DNA from: Horticoccus luteus
GTDB taxonomy: Bacteria > Verrucomicrobiota > Verrucomicrobiia > Opitutales > Opitutaceae
Length of the DNA: 32,000 nucleotides
Direction: 5' to 3'
Assembly (NCBI RefSeq): GCF_019464535.1
Contig: NZ_CP080507.1
Location: 1,590,001 to 1,622,000 of the forward strand
Part shown: positions 25,629 to 32,000 of the stretch, piece after piece
Layout of the letters: each line of letters begins with the position of its first letter
Numbering within the stretch: position 1 is the stretch's first letter
Notes under the pieces: generated by a model
Told to the model about the DNA's origin: nothing
Databases searched by the model: none
Seen by the model: only the letters and a program-made list of their open reading frames with translations
Program-made: the position numbers and the translations under genes

Positions 25629-28600
25629 ATGCGTCGTGCCGGAATCACAGCAGGAGCGGTCGTCGCGGCCCTTATCGCGATCCTGGTGCTGCTCCCGTGG
25701 TGGCTCGGTGCGGCGCTGCGCCCGGTCGCCCGGCACTTCGGCGTGACTTTCGAGCGTTATGAACGCGTCGGCTACGCGCGTTTTGCTCTCGATCAGGTCG
25801 AGGTGAACCGCGTCCCCGTGCACGTGACGATCGACCGCGTGGAAGTCGCCACGCCGCTCTTCTGGTTGTGGCGGCACTGGCGCAACAGCGGCGCGGCGGT
25901 GACGGCCGGGAAGTGGAACGTGGCGATTGAAGGCGGTGGCCGGAAAAAGCCGGCGGTGCCCGACGCCGGGTGGCTGAAGCTTCGCGGTCAACTGCAGCGC
26001 ATCGCCGACGCCTTGGATGACTGGATCGGTCGAGGGGAGATCGGCCCGGGCCGAGTCGAGTGGCCGGGCGGGATGTTGAACGTCGATGGCGCGCAGTGGC
26101 ACGCGGGCGTCTTGCAGGCGACGGGGCTGCGTTTCGGTGCGGTGGCGGCAGACGGGATTTTGACGTTCGCGACGGGAGAAGGGCGGCCGTTGCAATTGGA
26201 ACTCCACGCGAAAAACAGCGATGGCACCGTGGTCCTGCGGAGCGCTGGAGCGGACGTGACCGGCAACGTGCAATGGTGGGGACAGCCGGCGAGCGTCCAG
26301 GCCCATTTTGCACCGACCGGTTGGCGACCGGAGACCGCAGCGTTGCGCGCGGAAGATTGGAACGTGGCGGGTGAACGCCTGAAGTTGGGGGAATTTTTCG
26401 AAACAGTCAGAGGGACGATAGACATCGCATGGCAAAAGCAGGCGTTCGAGGCGCACGTCTCCGCGCACAGCACGCCTCGCGCCGACAAAAAAGTGCCGCC
26501 CCTCGAAGTCGAAGCGCGCGCGCGCGGCGATGGCGCGACCTTCCTGATTGAGTCGTTGAACGCAACGTTGCCCGGCATCCAAGCGACGCTTGATCAGCCG
26601 GTGACCATTACGCGTCGCGGACGGCTGGTTTCGGGGGCGGCGAATTTCACGTGGAAGGCGGACTTGGCGAAGCAGGAATGGTTCAAGGCGCGCGGGGTGG
26701 TCAACGGGAGCGCCCACGTCACAGCCGGAGACGACCAACGTCCGCTGGTCGCGTTTTCTGTCGAGGGCAGCAACGTCAACATCGCCCGCTGGTCGGTGCC
26801 GCATGCGGCGGCGGAAGGCACCCTGGCGTGGCCGCGGCTTGCGATGAAGCAGTTCGTCGTGCGGCTGGCGGGAGGCGATGAAGTGCGAGCCTCGGGCACG
26901 TGGGATTTCGCGCGCCACGCGCTTGAAAAGGGTGAGTTGCAGGGCCACGTCGGCGGGGGAATCTTTGCGCGATGGCTTCCGCCGGAGGTGCATTTTGAGC
27001 GCGCACGCTTCACCGCGCAGGGCGCGGGCGTGTGGCCGGCGTTGCAGCACAACGGCGAGTTGACAATCACGCACGCCAGCGCGCCACGGCTCCGCGCGAT
27101 GGACGTAGCGGCGCATTGGAGCGGCGCAGGCGAGGAGATCGAGCGGGCCGAAATCACAGCGCGAACCGGCGAGGCGACGATCGCCGCGAAGGGCAGCATT
27201 TCCCGGACCGGGGCGAAGTTGGATGCGCTGACGCTGACGGCGCCGACCGCAGCGGCATTGGCACTCAAGGCGCCCGTCGTGATGCGTTGGTCGCCGCAGA
27301 TCGAAGTCGAGGGACTGGCGCTCGCGGGCGGGGAGACGTCGGTCGATGCCACGGTGAAAATGGGTCGCGCGGGTCGCGTGCAGATCGCCGCGAGCAATGT
27401 CGCGTCGGAGTGGTGCCGCGCGTTTTTCGTTCTGCCGCCGCCGATTTGGATCGCGCGCGCCGTGAAGTTGGACGCGGCGTGGGACAATGGGCCGGCGAAA
27501 ATCAATGCACTGGCCGACGTACGATTTGACCTGAAGGACCAGGGGGCGGTGGCGTTGAGTCTGGCGGCGCACAGCGAGGATCAAGGCCTCGTGTTGGATC
27601 ATCTCAACGTGAGCGAGAACGGTCATCCGGTGGTGAGCGCGACGGGGCGGTTGCCGATTGTCGTCTCACCGGCGGCGGACGAACTCGTGCGGGCGACGTT
27701 GGATGGCGACGTGCGACTCGATGCATCGACGGAGCCGGAGGCGGCGTTTTGGGAGGAGTTGCGCGCGGCGACGGGCATTGAGCTGGTCTCGCCGCAGGTG
27801 ACGGTGCACGTCTCGGGCACGTGGCGGAGTCCGCGGGGGGAAGCGGATTTGCAAGCGAAGCGGGTGGCGCTCGATCCGGGGCGTTTCAAACAAAACTGGC
27901 CGGCGATCGGGCCGCTCGCGTTGCGGATGACCGGAGATGCCAACGCGGTGGCGTTGCAGCGATTCACCGTGGCGGTGGAAGGGCAGGAGATCAACGCGGA
28001 GGCGAGTCTGCCGATCGGGAGCAACTGGAAGGAATTGCGCGCCGATCCGCTGACGTATCTGCAGGACAAGGCGGAGGTGCGCTTGGAAATCGCCAATGCG
28101 GAGGTGGCGCCCTTTGTCCGCTTCGCGCCCCAATTGCTCGCGCCGAAAGGTCGGGTGCAAGCGGACGTGCGGCTGACGCCGGGCGGAGCGATGCACGGTT
28201 CAGTGCGCTTGACCGGGCTGGCGACACGGCCGCTCGGCGGAGTGGGGGTGTTGCAGGATCTGGCGGCCAATCTCAAACTCGCGGGCCGCACCGTGGAGGT
28301 CGAATCGGTTTCCGGTAAAGCCGGCGGCCAGACGGTAAAAATCACCGGCAAAGTGGAATTGCCGATGCACGAACAGCCGCGCTACGATCTGCGGATGGCG
28401 GGCGACAACCTGCCCTTTGTGCGCAGCATGGGCCTGCTCGTGCGCGGCAATCTGGATCTGACGTTGACGACGCCGGACCGCGGACCGCCGGCGATTGGCG
28501 GGAGTGTGGTGTTGCGCGACAGCCTGTTTTTCTCGGATGTGCGGGCGATGATTCCCGGCGGGCCGCGGGGGCCCTCGCAACGCCCGCCGTATTTTGCGGT

Positions 28601-29303
28601 GGATGTGGAACCGTTTCGCCGGTGGACGCTGGGCGTCAGTGTGCGCGGGGATAAATTTCTGCGGCTGCGCACGCCGTTGTTCAACGGCGTGGCGAGCACC
28701 AAGCTGCAACTCAAGGGCACGCTGGGATCGCCCTTGTTGAGCGGCGAGGCGACGATCGACAGCGGCAAGGTGCGATTGCCATTTGCGACGTTCGATGTGC
28801 AACAGGGGCGGGTGTTGCTGTCGGATCAACCGCCGTTCGAACCGCGGCTGGAAATCACGGCGACGGCGCGGCGTTACGATTACGATTTGCGGATGGAAGT
28901 GACGGGAACGGCCTCCGCGCCGAATCTGGTTTTTTCGTCGAGTCCGCCGCTCGAATCCGAACAGGTGCTGCTCATGGTCATGGCGGGCGAGGTGCCGAAT
29001 CAGGCGATTACGTTTTCCCAGCGGCAGCGGGCAACGCGCCTCGGAGCCTACGTGGGGCAGAGCCTGTTCAGCACGTTTGGCGGCGACAGTGACTTTGCGG
29101 ACCGGCTGACGATTTCGAGTGGCGACGACATCTCGCTCCAAGGACGGGAAACGTATTCGATCGAGTATCGGTTGAACGACCGCTGGTCGCTCACGGGCGA
29201 ATACGACGAGTTCGATGAATACAATGCCGGCGTGAAGTGGCGCGTGCTGCGGGAGAAAAAAGACGGCGACGGAAAGAAGAAGGACAACGATGAAAAGAAG
29301 TAA
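25629..29303 (+). CDS. tamB: Translocation and assembly module protein TamB-like (DUF490 C-terminus), 1224 aa
   Basis: N-terminal signal-anchor (ITAGAVVAALIAILVLLPWWL) and a very long beta-rich periplasmic body. The C-terminal DUF490-like region reads LQLKGTLGSPLLSGEATIDSGKVRLPFATFDVQQGRVLL...LEITATARRYDYDLRMEVTGTASAPNLVFSSSPPLESEQVLLMV. It is followed by an Omp85 gene. Confidence 0.88.
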   Translation: MRRAGITAGAVVAALIAILVLLPWWLGAALRPVARHFGVTFERYERVGYARFALDQVEVNRVPVHVTIDRVEVATPLFWLWRHWRNSGAAVTAGKWNVAIEGGGRKKPAVPDAGWLKLRGQLQRIADALDDWIGRGEIGPGRVEWPGGMLNVDGAQWHAGVLQATGLRFGAVAADGILTFATGEGRPLQLELHAKNSDGTVVLRSAGADVTGNVQWWGQPASVQAHFAPTGWRPETAALRAEDWNVAGERLKLGEFFETVRGTIDIAWQKQAFEAHVSAHSTPRADKKVPPLEVEARARGDGATFLIESLNATLPGIQATLDQPVTITRRGRLVSGAANFTWKADLAKQEWFKARGVVNGSAHVTAGDDQRPLVAFSVEGSNVNIARWSVPHAAAEGTLAWPRLAMKQFVVRLAGGDEVRASGTWDFARHALEKGELQGHVGGGIFARWLPPEVHFERARFTAQGAGVWPALQHNGELTITHASAPRLRAMDVAAHWSGAGEEIERAEITARTGEATIAAKGSISRTGAKLDALTLTAPTAAALALKAPVVMRWSPQIEVEGLALAGGETSVDATVKMGRAGRVQIAASNVASEWCRAFFVLPPPIWIARAVKLDAAWDNGPAKINALADVRFDLKDQGAVALSLAAHSEDQGLVLDHLNVSENGHPVVSATGRLPIVVSPAADELVRATLDGDVRLDASTEPEAAFWEELRAATGIELVSPQVTVHVSGTWRSPRGEADLQAKRVALDPGRFKQNWPAIGPLALRMTGDANAVALQRFTVAVEGQEINAEASLPIGSNWKELRADPLTYLQDKAEVRLEIANAEVAPFVRFAPQLLAPKGRVQADVRLTPGGAMHGSVRLTGLATRPLGGVGVLQDLAANLKLAGRTVEVESVSGKAGGQTVKITGKVELPMHEQPRYDLRMAGDNLPFVRSMGLLVRGNLDLTLTTPDRGPPAIGGSVVLRDSLFFSDVRAMIPGGPRGPSQRPPYFAVDVEPFRRWTLGVSVRGDKFLRLRTPLFNGVASTKLQLKGTLGSPLLSGEATIDSGKVRLPFATFDVQQGRVLLSDQPPFEPRLEITATARRYDYDLRMEVTGTASAPNLVFSSSPPLESEQVLLMVMAGEVPNQAITFSQRQRATRLGAYVGQSLFSTFGGDSDFADRLTISSGDDISLQGRETYSIEYRLNDRWSLTGEYDEFDEYNAGVKWRVLREKKDGDGKKKDNDEKK

Positions 29304-31395
29304 CTGCGTCCTCCTGGCCGGCGTATTGGCGCTCAGTCACGGCGTGGCGGCGGCGCGGGCGACGGAGAAGGCACCGCAGGCTGAAATCACGGTGCATGGC
29401 CTCGGCTGGTGGGACGACCGGCAAATGCGCCAGTCGCTCGACCGTTTGCTTGGCGAGCAGCGCGGCGCGACGCTCGACGCCAATGGCGTGGAAGATGCGG
29501 CGTTTCTGTTGCTGTCGGCGCTGCAAGATGAGGGCTATCTCAAGGCAGCGGTGCAGGCGAAGCTCCAGCGCAAGGACGGCGGCGAGACGAGTTTCACGCT
29601 GGATTCAACGCTGGCCGCCACGTTGCCCCGCCCGATCGCCGTGAAGGCGGTGACGTTCACGCTGAAGCCGGGCGTGCGCTACTATTTTGACGAGATCACG
29701 GTGGTGGGTTCGTCGGCGTTGGACGACGACGACGTGCGGCGTTTCTTTCGGGGCGAGAGCGCCTTGTTTTCCGGCGTGGGTGAAAAGGCGTATTCGGCGG
29801 CGCGAGTGCGGCGCGGATTGAACGGCGTGCAGACAGAGCTGCGCGATCGGGGTTACGCCGAAGCGGAGGCGACAGCGGACGGAGTGAAGATGGACGACAA
29901 GACGGGCAAGGTGAGTTTGCGCGTGGTGGTGCACGAAGGCCCCCTGTGGACGGTGGACGCGATCAAGATCGAGGGCGCGGAGAAAACGGGAGCAGAACTG
30001 GGAGAGTTGGTGGCGGCGAATGGCCAGCCGTGGACGCTGCATTGGCAGCAGGATCTGGGCGGACGCATCCGGCAGGCGTTGCAAAAACGCGGATACGCGG
30101 ACGTGCGCGTGACGTTTGAGCAAATGGTCGGCGCAGAGGACGAGGGAAAGAAGGCGGTCGAATTGACGGCGCGCGTCGCTCCGGGCCCCGCGGTGAAAGT
30201 GGGCCACGTGCGGTTTGAAGGCGTGAAACACACGCGGGAGCAGGTGTTGCGGGAACGCGTGCGGGCGAAGCCGGGCGATCCGCTCAACCCGGCGACGCTG
30301 GAGCACGCGCGCTACCGCTTGGGGCGCCTGGGCGTATTTGATGACGTGGATCTGCGTTACGATCCAGCGACCGGCGACGTGCGCGATCCGGTCTTCACGG
30401 TGCACGAGCGGCGCCTGTGGGATTTGAGTCTCCTCGCGGGCTATGGCAGTTACGAGCAACTGCGGGGAGGAATCGAGTTGCGGCAGTTCAATATTTTCGG
30501 GCGCGCCCACCAGAGCCGGCTGCTGCTCGTGCAATCGATGAAGAGTTCGCGGGGCGAATACAGCTACACGGTGCCGGAGTTGTTCGGCGAACGGTTGGAT
30601 GGCACCGCGCGGCTGTTCGGTCTGCAGCGGCAGGAAGTCGCCTTTCAGCGCCAGGAGTATGGCGGAAATTTCTCGGTGAGCGACCGGGTGCAGTGGCTCG
30701 GCGCGGTCGCCAGTGCAGGCTATACGTTTCAGGCGTTGCGGAACCGGGACAATCAACTGGGCACGGCGCCGGTCGACAACAAGCAGGTGGTCGTGGCGAG
30801 TGTGGACCTGAATCTGACGCGAGACCGGCGCGACAATCCGCTGCGTCCGCGGCGCGGGTATCGGTGGTATGCGCAGGTCGAGGCGGCGAGCAAAGGACTC
30901 GGCGGCGAAGTCGATTACCAGCGCGTGGAATTCAGCGCGTCGTATCACACGCCGTGGGGCGACGGTCGCTGGCTGCACTTCGGGTTCAGCCACGGCGTGG
31001 TGTTCACGCTCGGCTCGAATGACGACACGGCGCTGCCGGTGAACAAGCGTTTTTATCCCGGCGGTGATAACAGCATCCGTGGTTATCAGGAAGGCGAGGC
31101 GGCGCCGCGCGGAGCGGACGGGCGGTTTGTCGGAGCGAAATCCTACATGCTGGCGAATGCGGAATTTGAACAGGCGTTGACGGGCAACTGGTCGGGCGTG
31201 CTGTTCGTCGATGGACTGGGGACGGCCACGCGCCTGCAGGATTATCCGTTCAACCAGCAGCTCTATTCCGTGGGCCTCGGCGTGCGTTACAACAGCCTCA
31301 TTGGGCCGGTGCGCGCGGAGTATGGCTACAATTTGAAACAGCGCCCCGGCGATCCGTCGGGCACGTTCCTGATCTCCATCGGCTTTCCGTTTTGA
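29290..31395 (+). CDS. Omp85-family outer-membrane protein (BamA/TamA-like; POTRA repeats plus surface-antigen D15 beta-barrel), 701 aa
   Basis: Signal peptide MKRSNCVLLAGVLALSHGVAAARA and a ~350-aa periplasmic part with POTRA-like repeats. The barrel region has RFYPGGDNSIRGY and a terminal beta-signal ending in Phe (...FLISIGFPF). The start overlaps the tamB end by 14 nt. Confidence 0.88.
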   Translation: MKRSNCVLLAGVLALSHGVAAARATEKAPQAEITVHGLGWWDDRQMRQSLDRLLGEQRGATLDANGVEDAAFLLLSALQDEGYLKAAVQAKLQRKDGGETSFTLDSTLAATLPRPIAVKAVTFTLKPGVRYYFDEITVVGSSALDDDDVRRFFRGESALFSGVGEKAYSAARVRRGLNGVQTELRDRGYAEAEATADGVKMDDKTGKVSLRVVVHEGPLWTVDAIKIEGAEKTGAELGELVAANGQPWTLHWQQDLGGRIRQALQKRGYADVRVTFEQMVGAEDEGKKAVELTARVAPGPAVKVGHVRFEGVKHTREQVLRERVRAKPGDPLNPATLEHARYRLGRLGVFDDVDLRYDPATGDVRDPVFTVHERRLWDLSLLAGYGSYEQLRGGIELRQFNIFGRAHQSRLLLVQSMKSSRGEYSYTVPELFGERLDGTARLFGLQRQEVAFQRQEYGGNFSVSDRVQWLGAVASAGYTFQALRNRDNQLGTAPVDNKQVVVASVDLNLTRDRRDNPLRPRRGYRWYAQVEAASKGLGGEVDYQRVEFSASYHTPWGDGRWLHFGFSHGVVFTLGSNDDTALPVNKRFYPGGDNSIRGYQEGEAAPRGADGRFVGAKSYMLANAEFEQALTGNWSGVLFVDGLGTATRLQDYPFNQQLYSVGLGVRYNSLIGPVRAEYGYNLKQRPGDPSGTFLISIGFPF

Positions 31396-31449
31396 ATCGC
31401 GCGAGAATTTGTTCGCCGCGGCGAGTGGGCGCGCCTACTCGTGCGGCCT

Positions 31450-31896
31450 ATGATCATCGCCGATCTCGAAAAACTTCCCGGAGGTAAATTTCCTGCGCGC
31501 CGTTGGGGCCGCGGTCTGGTTGGGCAAGGCCCGCAGCCGATTCAAGCCAAGGGGTTCTCGATGGGGTATTCCATTCTGGAGCCGCATGGCGGCCAAGTGC
31601 CGTGGCACAATCAGGAGCAGGAGGAGGTTTATTTCATCGTGCAAGGGAAGGGTGAAATCTGCGTCGGCACGGAGCGCAGCGAGATCAAGGCGGGCCAATG
31701 CGTGTTCATGCCGCCGAAGCAGTTTCACCAGCTCACGAACACGGGCGACGAGCCAATGCATATGATCTATGTATATTGCCCCGGCGGCGATGTGGCGCAC
31801 TGGCGGCAGGAGCTCGCCGGAACGTTGCCGCGCGCGGGAGAAGGCGACATCCCGCCGTTGCCGACGGGCGCGCAGCCGCAGTGCACGAAGGTGTAA
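31450..31896 (+). CDS. Cupin-domain protein (148 aa from ATG 31450; alternative GTG at 31441)
   Basis: Cupin motifs: GGQVPWHNQEQEEVYFIVQGKG (motif 1, H.H...E) and GQCVFMPPKQFHQLTNTG (motif 2). Confidence 0.75.
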   Translation: MIIADLEKLPGGKFPARRWGRGLVGQGPQPIQAKGFSMGYSILEPHGGQVPWHNQEQEEVYFIVQGKGEICVGTERSEIKAGQCVFMPPKQFHQLTNTGDEPMHMIYVYCPGGDVAHWRQELAGTLPRAGEGDIPPLPTGAQPQCTKV

Positions 31897-31923
31897 GCGG
31901 CGGACGAGAAACGTTGAGCGATC

Positions 31924-31948
31924 AGCCCGGGTGCGCCCGGGCTTTTTT
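31924..31948 (+). terminator. Rho-independent terminator (AGCCCGGG-TGCG-CCCGGGCT followed by T5)
   Basis: Perfect 8-bp GC stem, 4-nt loop and a TTTTT run, 28 nt after the cupin gene stop. It may be bidirectional, because a short minus-strand reading frame appears to end at 31955-31957. Confidence 0.8.
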
Positions 31949-32000
31949 GCAGCGTTAGCCGCCAATCGAGATTCGGCGCGGGCGGCCGCGGCCGAGCACG

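Noticed and set aside
25389-27626. Very long antisense ORFs. This one is 745 aa opposite tamB. Others include 1927-3405, 1043-2227, 29605-30993, 28200-29141, 8400-9182 and 4433-5308.
   Set aside because: All are Arg/Pro/Ala/Gly/His-rich with no motifs. They mirror the GC3-rich codon usage of a well-supported gene on the other strand, which is the usual high-GC artefact.
31955-32000. Possible 3' end of a minus-strand gene entering from the right edge (…VLGRGRPRRISIGG, stop complement of 31955-31957)
   Set aside because: Only 15 codons are visible and their composition is uninformative, so it cannot be supported from this window.

Overview
Visibly GC-rich window (mid-60s % GC by eye, not computed) from the chromosome of a diderm bacterium. 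The gene repertoire (ThuA-like protein, Prc-like S41 protease, TamB/Omp85 pair, mostly Shine-Dalgarno-less starts) gives a PVC/Verrucomicrobia-like impression, but that is only an impression. I can support 21 protein-coding genes, one tRNA, two intrinsic terminators and a few structured or palindromic DNA elements. Positions 1-7501 are the right-hand end of a siphovirus-type tail module. It encodes a tape measure protein (truncated by the window edge), a 599-aa fused distal-tail/hub protein of the GTA g12-g13/BR0599 type, an NlpC/P60 peptidase and a 976-aa host-specificity protein. These genes are chained by three ATGA start/stop overlaps, and the module stops 140 bp before a tRNA-Tyr(GTA) gene that reads toward it. 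The rest (7.8-32 kb) looks like ordinary core genome. In order it holds cls, radC, a ThuA-like gene, a small SLT-like protein, a CHASE2 class III cyclase, a secreted FecR-domain protein, an orphan HAD-like hydrolase and prfA-prmC. These are followed by a prc-like protease, a rhomboid protease, a ferredoxin, a TonB-dependent receptor, an M3 oligopeptidase, tamB with an Omp85 gene, and a cupin. I see no CRISPR array, transposase, integrase, toxin-antitoxin pair or recognisable defence gene. The most interesting candidates are the fused tandem Dit-like/hub tail protein, the unresolved status of the tail module (prophage, tailocin or GTA-like), and the SLT/CHASE2-cyclase/FecR envelope-sensing cluster. 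I do not see a convincing, wholly novel multi-gene system in this window.
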